Shown here in pieces: positions 16,853 to 25,098 of a stretch of 26,465 bases of DNA; position 1 is the first letter of the stretch, and each line of letters starts with the position of its first letter. This stretch comes from a bacterium (GTDB taxonomy: Bacteria > Patescibacteriota > Minisyncoccia > Phycocordibacterales > UBA10002). Under the pieces are notes generated by a model. It had not been told where the DNA came from. It ran no database searches and worked only from the letters and a program-made list of their open reading frames with translations. Where the stretch lies: assembly GCA_030648695.1 (NCBI GenBank), contig JAUSHG010000036.1, positions 1 through 26,465 of the forward strand, read 5' to 3'. The position numbers were made by a program, and so were the translations under genes.

Positions 16853-17308
16853 ATGACTAACGAAGAAATCAAAAAAACAATACAAGAACTACTCTCCCGC
16901 ATGGAGATTGCCTGCGAGTCCGTAGAGTGTGTTGATGAGGATTCGGACCGGCGGCGCTTTTCAATCCGCACTCCCGATTCGCATCTTCTTATCGGGCCCA
17001 AAGGCGCACACCTGTTTGCGTTCAATCATCTGGTGCGAAAAATTGCCGGAAAAGGCGAGGAGGGCGAGTTTCTCTTCACGGTTGACGTGAACGACTATCA
17101 CGAAGCCGCCCGCGAACGCCTGCATGCGCTTGCAAAGGTGATGGGAGACCGCGCCCGGTCGTTTAAGGCGTCAGTGGAGCTGGAACCCATGTCATCCTAT
17201 GAACGGATGGTGGTGCACACGTTTTTTGAAAATGCAGGAGATATTAAGACCGAGTCAACCGGAGACGGGGAACGCCGGAGGGTGGTTATCAAATACACTG
17301 GAGAGTAA
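16853..17308 (+). CDS. jag: Jag/EloR/KhpB-like RNA-binding protein (KH plus R3H, no Jag_N domain)
   Basis: LLIGPKGAHL (KH GxxG), VDVNDY, MSSYERMVVH (R3H), TESTGDGERRRVVI. Start moved from 16766, which translates the repeat. Confidence 0.88.
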   Translation: MTNEEIKKTIQELLSRMEIACESVECVDEDSDRRRFSIRTPDSHLLIGPKGAHLFAFNHLVRKIAGKGEEGEFLFTVDVNDYHEAARERLHALAKVMGDRARSFKASVELEPMSSYERMVVHTFFENAGDIKTESTGDGERRRVVIKYTGE

Positions 17309-17325
17309 TGGTTAGGAGGAGCTCG

Positions 17326-17752
17326 TAGCTTCTTAGCTGATTAGCTTTTTAGGGAAGAAATCATCTTGTTAAGCATTCGCATCACTTCAAGAAGCAAGCT
17401 GTCAATTTTTTGCAAATCTAAACCCTTTCCCCAAGGCAAGCGACGTACAATTTCAAGCTGGGTTTCCAGTTCAGCTCCGGAACCGTAAGCAATTAATAGG
17501 AACTGACAAAACTCCTTTTTTCCTCCGCGACGCCTTCCTTCTGCAATGTTAGAGGGGATAGAAACTGAGGCGCGTTTCATTTGCGACGAAAGTCCGTACA
17601 GTTCACTTTTCGGAAATTGCTCAGTAAGGGCATATAATTCAATGACGGCGTCTATACCTTTCTGCCACACGATTAATTCTTTATATGAATGTATTTCCAT
17701 CACGGTTTTTTAATTTCCCTAATAAGCTAAAAAGCTACCAGCTAATAAGCTA
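17326..17752 (-). mobile_element. Filled inverted-arm element A (AGCT family) carrying a four-helix-bundle gene
   Basis: Arms 17326-17352 and 17727-17752 are near-perfect inverses. Mobility is inferred, not shown. Confidence 0.6.
17341..17700 (-). CDS. Four-helix-bundle protein (23S rRNA IVS-encoded / Avd-like family)
   Basis: SYKELIVWQK, FPKSELYGLSSQMKRASVSIPSNIAEG, AYGSGAELETQL. Confidence 0.92.
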   Translation of the reverse strand: MEIHSYKELIVWQKGIDAVIELYALTEQFPKSELYGLSSQMKRASVSIPSNIAEGRRRGGKKEFCQFLLIAYGSGAELETQLEIVRRLPWGKGLDLQKIDSLLLEVMRMLNKMISSLKS

Positions 17753-18946
17753 ATCTTCAAATTCCACGCTCCAAAGCGTTCCGTCATTTTTGTTGGTAAA
17801 GATAAGGAACTTTTCATCAGGCGAGAGTTGCGGATGAACGAGGTCAATGGAGTCGCCCCCTTCACTGCTTATATCAAGTATCCGCTCCCCCACTCCGGTT
17901 TCCGCATCTATTTGCCATAGTTCATCGGTAAAAGAGATAACTCCCTGATACCAGGCATCGGGGTAGCTTCCTCCGGGAAGAGTGAGCGGAACCCCGCAGT
18001 AAATATCTTCATTTGATTTTGCCCAGACGCACTTTTCGGGAAGTGTTTTGTGCTGCAGGGCCGAGGCCTTGTTTGTTTTTCGGTCAAGCATCTGCAGGAT
18101 AATTCCGCCGCCCGAACTTTCGGAAAAGAGTATCCGCGACAGGTTTCCGTCGGGAAGCGCCGTGAGACCCGCCACATCGCGAATAAGCGGCTCCATTTCC
18201 CCGCCCCCGCTTGGAACCGACACGAGCATCCCGTCTGAAATAGCCGATGGCTTGGTGAGGAATGCAATACGGGAGGATGTAGTCCAGAGCGGAATCCATT
18301 CCCGAAGCGGAGACGCAAACATCTGTATTTTCCCGCTTCCGTTAAAGGCCGCGCGGACTCCCACTCCTCGCCCTCCTTCTTCGCGCATGTAGATAAGTTC
18401 CTTTCCGTCCGGCGAGAGCGCCACCTCCCGTATATTTCCGGGGAGGAAGGTCCCTTCAAGGGTTCCTTCGCCCTCTGCTTTTGGCTTGAGCGTTGCGGAA
18501 TAGGTCTGAATGGTTTCATTGTCTTCGCCAAGGTAGCGGGCAAGTACGGAGGCCCCGTCTTTCCGCCACAGCGCCTCATAGATTTTGGGTATCGTCGTAT
18601 TGGTCAGCCGCCGCACCACCCCGCCGGTTGCCGCAATTTCATACGTGTTGCCCGTGGCGCGGTCCAGGTACCGGACGCGGACGCTTTCATCCCGCCCTCC
18701 GACAACGGCGCCCGCTATCGGAGTAAGTGTTAGGCGGCGCAGTATGGGGCCTCCGCGCGTATCCGAGGGCAGTGCTACCGGTTCTTCCGTTTCCTCTTCA
18801 AATCCACCTTCTTCCGTTTCAGGAAACTCCCCCTCAATCGGCAGTTCGGCTTCAGGAGTTCGGAAAAAGAAAAAGTAAATAAGCGCCGCAATGACTGCGA
18901 GCACAATAACCGATACAACAATGGTGACGGTAGTTTTTCGCGACAT
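17750..18946 (-). CDS. Membrane-anchored hypothetical protein, probable beta-propeller
   Basis: N-terminal TM segment, acidic linker, repeated ALSPDGKEL and LSPDEKFLIF TolB/WD-like motifs. Confidence 0.75.
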   Translation of the reverse strand: MSRKTTVTIVVSVIVLAVIAALIYFFFFRTPEAELPIEGEFPETEEGGFEEETEEPVALPSDTRGGPILRRLTLTPIAGAVVGGRDESVRVRYLDRATGNTYEIAATGGVVRRLTNTTIPKIYEALWRKDGASVLARYLGEDNETIQTYSATLKPKAEGEGTLEGTFLPGNIREVALSPDGKELIYMREEGGRGVGVRAAFNGSGKIQMFASPLREWIPLWTTSSRIAFLTKPSAISDGMLVSVPSGGGEMEPLIRDVAGLTALPDGNLSRILFSESSGGGIILQMLDRKTNKASALQHKTLPEKCVWAKSNEDIYCGVPLTLPGGSYPDAWYQGVISFTDELWQIDAETGVGERILDISSEGGDSIDLVHPQLSPDEKFLIFTNKNDGTLWSVEFED

Positions 18947-18947
18947 G

Positions 18948-19874
18948 TTATTTGCACTTTTTCCCCAACGGGTCGGTTAGCACAATAATATCAGGTAGTG
19001 TCCCCGGCTGGTCATAGTGCAAATATCTACACCCCCCTTTGACGAGAGCTATTTCACGTTGCAGGTCATCGTACATTCTTCTTGTTGCTGCATATAATTC
19101 ACCGGACTCTTCGGTTTCACCGGCGCGCTCAAGATTAATAATTGGCTGGACGTTTTGAGCGATTACGCTGAGTTTTTTCTCGGCTTCGTTCCAATCTCGT
19201 CTCTGCATGAGGTCTTGTATCCCATTATCATATGCGTCTCTTGCCGTTCGTGTCTGATTCTGTGCCATCAGGAGAAGCCCCGCCTTATCGGTCGCTCCTT
19301 CGGTCTTTGCTTTCGCAATGGCCGCATCCACCGCATTTATCGCTTTAGTCGCGTCATTTTTTATGTCCGTATGTGTTACTAGCGCGAGCGGTATTTCCTT
19401 TTTTATAACCCGATCAAATTTTAAGGTAAGGTCCAGATCTCGTCCCAATTGCGGGTTAATGAGATTTACCAGCAAATAACTGGAATATACGATAATAATG
19501 CCGCCGAGTGCCCGTAGAATAATGGCCTTACCCTCCATATGTCCAAGGATAGAATCCGTGAAAAGCAGAGTGAACCCGCCGCGCACAATGGAGAACACCG
19601 CCAAAAGTCCGGCAATCGCGATGCCTGTCGTGTAGAGAAACGAGAGGTATTTTGAAAGGCACTGGCCGGCTTCAAGCTCCGCTTTTGAGCAGCCGAAGAA
19701 TCCCAGTCGTTCGCCGCCGCTCGTGAGGCCGGTGTCAATCTGAGTGAGAGGCACAAAATTGCCTTGTGCTGAAACAAGTGAGGGAAAGATGCTCACGCCG
19801 AGTATAAATAACACCACTATGAGAGTGAGCAGAAGAACCGTCTTGGAAAAATTGTGCGGGTGAAACAGACGCAT
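18948..19874 (-). CDS. Pilin-like (TrbC/VirB2-type) membrane protein with an extended C-terminus
   Basis: Signal-like N-terminus ending VSAQ, two hydrophobic helices (GIAIAGLLAVFSIVRGGF and ALGGIIIVYSSYLLVNLINP). Confidence 0.65.
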   Translation of the reverse strand: MRLFHPHNFSKTVLLLTLIVVLFILGVSIFPSLVSAQGNFVPLTQIDTGLTSGGERLGFFGCSKAELEAGQCLSKYLSFLYTTGIAIAGLLAVFSIVRGGFTLLFTDSILGHMEGKAIILRALGGIIIVYSSYLLVNLINPQLGRDLDLTLKFDRVIKKEIPLALVTHTDIKNDATKAINAVDAAIAKAKTEGATDKAGLLLMAQNQTRTARDAYDNGIQDLMQRRDWNEAEKKLSVIAQNVQPIINLERAGETEESGELYAATRRMYDDLQREIALVKGGCRYLHYDQPGTLPDIIVLTDPLGKKCK

Positions 19875-19879
19875 AGATG

Positions 19880-20932
19880 TTATCTAGTGGATTCCGGAGC
19901 CGAGTCGGGGAGCGAAGAGAACTCTCGTTCCTTGAAAGAAACGGAAAGTGAAGCGTCATCCGCCTGGAATGTTTTAGTTGTGTGCTGTGCGGTAAGTCCG
20001 ATAAAGGCGGTGCCGCCATCCCCGGAGTTTCTTCGGAGAACAATATCGGACCGTGTTTCGGAAGAAAGTGTCTGATAATTTAGTTTCCAGTCATAGCGCA
20101 GCGCGGCGGTACCTCGGTCAGCGGCTTCAAAAAAGAACGGAATTGCAGAAAGCCGTACTTCGTCACCGTTTAATACCAACTCCCGCGTAAGCGCCTGCTC
20201 AAATCGGATACCGAACAGAGGATGATTTTCATAGAGCAGTATGTGCGGCGCAACCGGCGGAATGGTTATCTCCGCGGCGGCCAGGAGCGCATGGTCAATT
20301 GTTTCCACCTCAACCGAAACCGTTTTTTCCCGCATGGGCACCGCGCCCTGAAACACAAACAAACTTTTGCCAAAGCCGCTTGAGTCGCCAATCACTTTTC
20401 CGTCTTCTTCCCATGTATATACGAGTTCGCGTTCGGCAAGCCGTTTCCCCTCCGCATTTACAAATAGCGGAATTGCGGCTACGGTTACGCTCCCTTGAAA
20501 CGGAAATAAGGCCTTGCCTTTGTAAAAAGGAGGTGTGTATGAGGAGGACTGCCAAAGGAGTAGCACGTCCGCAGGCCGTATTTTGAACTCTTTGCTTAGA
20601 ATGCGGCCATCCGGCATTTGCGCAATAACAGTGAGCGTAGTTACGCTTCCGGCTTTGCCGGTTTGGAATAAGAAGTGTTTTTCGCCGACACCCCGTTTTT
20701 TGAGCACGCCGTTTATCGTATAGCCAATCACGGCGCTTTGGATATCAACAGCATAGCTTTCAACGTCTACCGAAACTATTTGCTCGGCCCCAGGACGCTC
20801 CGGCGAAAGCGAAACCACGAGAGCATCCTGACCGCCTAATGTCTGCGCGGAGAGCGAAAGCGGCAGGACAAACAAAAAGACAAGCAGGCAAAGAACATAT
20901 GAAAAAAGGAGCGAAAAATATAACTTTTTCAT
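19880..20932 (-). CDS. Secreted hypothetical protein with beta-rich (Ig-like) repeats
   Basis: Signal peptide LSLSAQ; repeated YTWEEDG and YDWKLN strands. Start moved to ATG 20932, 7 nt after TATAAT. Confidence 0.75.
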   Translation of the reverse strand: MKKLYFSLLFSYVLCLLVFLFVLPLSLSAQTLGGQDALVVSLSPERPGAEQIVSVDVESYAVDIQSAVIGYTINGVLKKRGVGEKHFLFQTGKAGSVTTLTVIAQMPDGRILSKEFKIRPADVLLLWQSSSYTPPFYKGKALFPFQGSVTVAAIPLFVNAEGKRLAERELVYTWEEDGKVIGDSSGFGKSLFVFQGAVPMREKTVSVEVETIDHALLAAAEITIPPVAPHILLYENHPLFGIRFEQALTRELVLNGDEVRLSAIPFFFEAADRGTAALRYDWKLNYQTLSSETRSDIVLRRNSGDGGTAFIGLTAQHTTKTFQADDASLSVSFKEREFSSLPDSAPESTR

Positions 20933-21014
20933 CACCTGTATTATACACCACGGCTCGGAGCCGCTGTGCACAGCAATGACGGTAACCACACCTCCCGAAA
21001 AACGGCTCTGAATT

Positions 21015-21139
21015 CTCCCTTTCCTAAAGGGAGCATCCGCCCAACTTTTTCTGAAAAGTGAGGCAGGGAGGGATTTCTAAATCCTCCGCTCCGACTTGAG
21101 TCGGAGCTCCTCCTTTCCGCCAGCTGGCGGAAAGGAGGA
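21015..21139. repeat. Composite cluster of nested palindromes
   Basis: ctcccttt-cct-aaagggag; actttt-tctg-aaaagt; ggattt-ct-aaatcc; gctccgac-ttga-gtcggagc; perfect 32-nt palindrome at 21108-21139. Confidence 0.85.
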
Positions 21140-21164
21140 ATTAAGAGATGCGGAAAATTCCCAA

Positions 21165-21620
21165 CTACGCCGAAGGGCCTTTCGGAGGGGTTCGCCCTTT
21201 TGATGCTACGGTCTGCACCGCCCGCTCTATTTTCCCGCCGATAAGAGGAACACCTCGAAGTGCGGAAGACCCGTCATTGATAACCCACGCATAGGCAATG
21301 TCAAATGTCCATGCGGGAAATACCCCGCCCGTTCCGGCATCTACTGCAGTAGCACCCAGAACACTAAGGGTTAAACGCCAATCCAGCATCCCTTTCATAA
21401 AGAAGAGAAAATAGAGAGCTCCACCCACTGCGAGGTCAACAACAGTGTTAATAGGCAAGCCGATTCCAGTAGCCCCCACTCCCATTTGGACGAGGTCAAG
21501 GAAGATGGCGGCAAGAAAGAGCATGTACCAGCTTCCGGGTGAAAGTTTTGGTTCGGGTTTCCGTGGCGGCGGAGGAAGCGGTCCGCGCGGTCTGTTTTGT
21601 TGTGAGGGTTGAGGAGACAT
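21165..21620 (-). CDS. Hypothetical membrane protein
   Basis: Pro-rich N-terminus followed by several hydrophobic segments; lies in the operon directly after the VirB4-like gene. Confidence 0.75.
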   Translation of the reverse strand: MSPQPSQQNRPRGPLPPPPRKPEPKLSPGSWYMLFLAAIFLDLVQMGVGATGIGLPINTVVDLAVGGALYFLFFMKGMLDWRLTLSVLGATAVDAGTGGVFPAWTFDIAYAWVINDGSSALRGVPLIGGKIERAVQTVASKGRTPPKGPSA

Positions 21621-21693
21621 AGCTGGAAGCTTATTAGCTGGTAGCTTTTTAGCTTTTTAGAAATTTCCTAACAAGCTAATCAGCTACAAGCTA
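21620..21693. repeat. Empty AGCT-family element (cargo-less counterpart of elements A and B)
   Basis: agcttattagctggtagctttttagctttttag-aaattt-cctaacaagctaatcagctacaagcta. Confidence 0.9.
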
Positions 21694-23511
21694 TTGGTTG
21701 CCTTCGGCTGCTTTCAGCTCTGCCTTCGCCGCTTTGATGGCGAGCAACTGCGAGGGGTCGGAGGTGATAATTTGGTCTTCGGTGTAGGAGGCGATAACTT
21801 TGATTGCCACGTGTTTGAGACCTACAAAGAAGAGCCCCTCTCCCACATCGGACTCAAGAAGCAGAAATTTTTCTTCGTCCGTGAGATTGAAAATCTGCTG
21901 GAGACGGTCTACGACCGTTGGCGATTGTTTGAGAAGTATCTGCATGGAGGAGTTGGTGAGAATGGGAAGCCCGTAGGGGGATTTGAGGAAGTCGTCCACG
22001 TCCTGTGTAATCGTGGCAAGACCGAAATAATATTTGCGGCCGCGTTTGGCGAGCCCGAGCAGGAAGGAGGCCGTATCTTCGCTCTTCATGAGCCACCACG
22101 CCTCGTCAATCACCATGAGGCGCTTTTTGAGCTCCCGCCGGATAGCGTTCCAGATAAAGTGCGTGATGAGGTACATGGCTGCGGGCTTGAGCTCATCTTC
22201 CATGTCGCGGAGGGAAAATACAATCAAATTGGCATTGATATCAATATTTGAGGGTTGGTTGATGAATCCCGCCCATGTTCCGCGTGTGTATTTGGACAGG
22301 CGGGTAACGAGCGACTCCCCTCCCCGCATGCCGGCGAGTACCAGTTCAAAGTCGGAGAGAAGCGGCGGCGGAATCTTTGCAAAATCAGAATCGGCGGTAA
22401 TGTCTTTGAGTGCGTAGGTTTCTGTTATAGCGCGGTCAATAATCGCATCTTCTTCGGGAGACAGTCCTCCGAGCATAATGCGGAAAAGCCCGACCAGATT
22501 GATGATGTTTGAGCGCAGGACGTCGGTGGGCGACTCATCTTCGCGCGGAGTCGGAAGTTCAAAGGGGTTGATGTGGTGGGATGAGTTGAGTGAAATGTTG
22601 AAGTATTTACCGCCTACGGCTTCGGCCAGATATTCATACTCGCGTTCGGGGTCAAGCACGATAACGTCAGTGCCAAACATGAGTGAGCGGAGAATCTCCA
22701 GCTTCATCATGTAGGATTTACCCGCGCCCGACTTGGCGAACACCACGGAATTAAAGTTTTCAAGCGAAAAGCGGTCAAAGAGAACGAGGGAAGCATTGTG
22801 CCGGTTGATGCCGTAGAGCACCCCTTTGTTTGAGGTCAGGTCAAAGGAAACAAACGGAAAGACACTTGAGAGGGGCGAGGAGTTGAGTTTGGTATGCACC
22901 AGAAGTTCGTCGTTTCCGAGGGGCATGGTACTCCTAAAGCCCTGTTCCTGCTGGAAGAGCGCGGGTTTGAGAAGCACGAGCTTGGCATCCAAAATGCCGC
23001 GCACCTCGGTTTCCACCTTTTCAAGCTCGGTTTCGTTGTCGGCGTAAATCGTAACGTACATTCCCACTTCAAATATCTTTTCATTGGCCTGCATGAGGTC
23101 ATCGCGCAGTTTTTCCAAATCCTGATACGCAGTATCGAGCGCAGGGTCGCGCACGATGCCCTTGTGTTCGCGTTCAATCATCTGGCTTTGTACCTCTGCA
23201 ACCTTCTTCTGGAATTTACGCAGGACTTTGCCGGTATCAAGCGGATGAATGAAGATGGAAATATCAAACACTTTGTCCAGATTGATGACCGGAGCAAACC
23301 AGCCCTCCGTGAGGTAGCGCGGGTAGGAAATGACGAAAAAGGTGCGGGTTATTTTTCCGCTCACATTGAGCGACTTCGGCGTTACCTTAAGCGCAGCAGG
23401 CGCAATAACATCCTGCAGTTCAAGGGCGCCGGATTGGTAAATCTGCTCGGGCAAAAAGTCCGAGATGTCATCCTGCTTCTTTTTTGGTTTTAAAAAATCC
23501 AATATGCCCAT
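21691..23511 (-). CDS. VirB4/TraE-like ATPase
   Basis: Walker A AKSGAGKS, VLDPEREY, INPF, Walker B MVIDEAW, KRGRKY, TQDV. Confidence 0.92.
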   Translation of the reverse strand: MGILDFLKPKKKQDDISDFLPEQIYQSGALELQDVIAPAALKVTPKSLNVSGKITRTFFVISYPRYLTEGWFAPVINLDKVFDISIFIHPLDTGKVLRKFQKKVAEVQSQMIEREHKGIVRDPALDTAYQDLEKLRDDLMQANEKIFEVGMYVTIYADNETELEKVETEVRGILDAKLVLLKPALFQQEQGFRSTMPLGNDELLVHTKLNSSPLSSVFPFVSFDLTSNKGVLYGINRHNASLVLFDRFSLENFNSVVFAKSGAGKSYMMKLEILRSLMFGTDVIVLDPEREYEYLAEAVGGKYFNISLNSSHHINPFELPTPREDESPTDVLRSNIINLVGLFRIMLGGLSPEEDAIIDRAITETYALKDITADSDFAKIPPPLLSDFELVLAGMRGGESLVTRLSKYTRGTWAGFINQPSNIDINANLIVFSLRDMEDELKPAAMYLITHFIWNAIRRELKKRLMVIDEAWWLMKSEDTASFLLGLAKRGRKYYFGLATITQDVDDFLKSPYGLPILTNSSMQILLKQSPTVVDRLQQIFNLTDEEKFLLLESDVGEGLFFVGLKHVAIKVIASYTEDQIITSDPSQLLAIKAAKAELKAAEGNQ

Positions 23512-23946
23512 AGCTTGTAGCTTCTTAGCTGGTTAGCTTTTTAGGGAAGAAATCATTTTGTTAAGCATCCGCATCACTTCAAGAAGCAAACTATCAATCT
23601 TCCGAAAATCTAAATCTCTTCCCCAAGGCAGACGACGAACGATTTCGAGCTGCGTTTCTAGTTCTGCACCCGAACCATAGGCAATTAGCAAGAACTGACA
23701 GAATTCCTTTTTACCTCCGCGTCGCCTTCCCTCCGCAATGTTTGAGGGAATAGATACGATGGCACGTTTCATCTGGGATGCAAGTCCGTACAACTCACTT
23801 TTGGGAAATTGTTCAGCAAGAGCATATAGTTCAATTACACCTTCTATACCCTTCTGCCATACGATTAACTCTTTATACGAGTGTATTTCCATAACAATTT
23901 TCTTTATTCTTTCCTAATAAGCTAAAAAGCTACCAGCTAAGAAGCT
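23511..23946 (-). mobile_element. Filled inverted-arm element B (AGCT family) carrying a four-helix-bundle gene
   Basis: Arms 23519-23544 and 23922-23946 form a 25-bp stem with one bulged base. Mobility is inferred. Confidence 0.6.
23533..23892 (-). CDS. Four-helix-bundle protein, paralog of 17341-17700 (110 of 119 aa identical)
   Basis: Direct alignment of the two translations shows 9 substitutions. Confidence 0.92.
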   Translation of the reverse strand: MEIHSYKELIVWQKGIEGVIELYALAEQFPKSELYGLASQMKRAIVSIPSNIAEGRRRGGKKEFCQFLLIAYGSGAELETQLEIVRRLPWGRDLDFRKIDSLLLEVMRMLNKMISSLKS

Positions 23947-24590
23947 GTTACTGGGTGTTCGGTTTCCCCGGGATTAAACAATTTGTAAAACAACTCAACC
24001 ACCTCTTCGGTGCCGAGCTGTGCCACGCGCACGCCGGTGCGCACGAGCCCCTGCTCCACCACCGACACCCTCTGTTCAAGCTGAATCTTGTGTTCCTCAA
24101 ACCCCCTGTTCCCGCTTCCCTCCGGAGCCGATTGTTTCCCCGGAAGCATCCGGCTCAATTGCGCGCCGATTTTTCCCCCGCTTTCCGAAACCTGCAAAAT
24201 GGCCGGTGTGTAGGGTACCACTACGAAAAAGAGCTTGTTCATGATGTTGGTGTTCTCGGTGAACTTCCGGATAAATCCGATATATTCCTGCGTCTGGATT
24301 TTGAGCAGTTCATTGGTCTGTTTTCCAAGCCGCTCCTGCAGAAACTCCAAATAGGGTTTGACATCAAACCTCCGTGATTCCACGACAATCTGCACCGAGA
24401 AATCCAGCGCGTTTAAAAAACTCTGGAACTGCGCAATGATGGCCTGCTGGTTCTCTTCGGACTTGAGTGCAAAGTTGATGGAGGAGGCCATGAGTACAGC
24501 CCGAAGACCGCCGTCTTTGAGGATGACGATGCCGTCCCGAATTTCCCTTATTTTGACGAAATCCTGCGATGCTTTAGCTTTTATTGGCAT
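23937..24590 (-). CDS. Conserved VirB4-associated protein (typical partner between PrgI and the ATPase)
   Basis: SQDFVKIREIRDGIVILKDG, SSINFALKSEENQQAII, FQSFLNALDFSVQI; operon position. Confidence 0.75.
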   Translation of the reverse strand: MPIKAKASQDFVKIREIRDGIVILKDGGLRAVLMASSINFALKSEENQQAIIAQFQSFLNALDFSVQIVVESRRFDVKPYLEFLQERLGKQTNELLKIQTQEYIGFIRKFTENTNIMNKLFFVVVPYTPAILQVSESGGKIGAQLSRMLPGKQSAPEGSGNRGFEEHKIQLEQRVSVVEQGLVRTGVRVAQLGTEEVVELFYKLFNPGETEHPVTAS

Positions 24591-24599
24591 ATGAATAGA

Positions 24600-25098
24600 T
24601 ACGAGAAACGAATCAATATCCGAATAGTCCGAATGTTCCGAATCAACGAATGGATACGAATACTATTATACGTTATTTCTTTTGTTTTCGCGGGTCTAGA
24701 CGCAGAATTCTGATTGGTTTTACATAGCGACAGCGGAAATTAACAAGCAAGCCAAGCTCCACGCCGCTGGCCTGCAGGTAATTTTGAATTTGCCGGTAGT
24801 CGTTGCCTAACAGGACTCTCTTTGCTTTCAACTCCAATGCCACACATCCTTCAATGAGAAAATCTATGATATTTCCAGAATCACCGATGCGGATTTCTCT
24901 CTGATATTCAATTGATTTTTCCTTTAGTTTCTTTTCAAGGCAGTCACCATATTGTTTTTCTTTTCCATAGGGTCCTATCTCATTATGTACATCAAAACAA
25001 ATACCGGTAATATCGTAAGACAAATCCGGGTAAAGAACGTGCGGTTGTGTCTTATTCGCAGCCATTCGGATTATTCGGACAATTCGTTAATTCGGATG
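24600..25098 (-). mobile_element. Filled inverted-arm element (CGAAT family) carrying a GxxExxY gene
   Basis: A ccgaat array (24600-24663) and an attcgg array (25063-25098); 24618-24635 matches the inverse of 25063-25080 at 16 of 18 positions. Confidence 0.55.
24673..25065 (-). CDS. GxxExxY-family protein (PD-(D/E)xK nuclease-like)
   Basis: [10 protein letters not shown] (variant of GxxExxY), [33 protein letters not shown]. Confidence 0.88.
   Translation of the reverse strand: MAANKTQPHVLYPDLSYDITGICFDVHNEIGPYGKEKQYGDCLEKKLKEKSIEYQREIRIGDSGNIIDFLIEGCVALELKAKRVLLGNDYRQIQNYLQASGVELGLLVNFRCRYVKPIRILRLDPRKQKK

Noticed and set aside
3421-20989. ORF-track starts at 3421, 6806, 8110, 15619, 16766 and 20989
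   Set aside because: These extensions translate promoters or repeat arms; downstream ATGs match family N-termini or follow -10 boxes.
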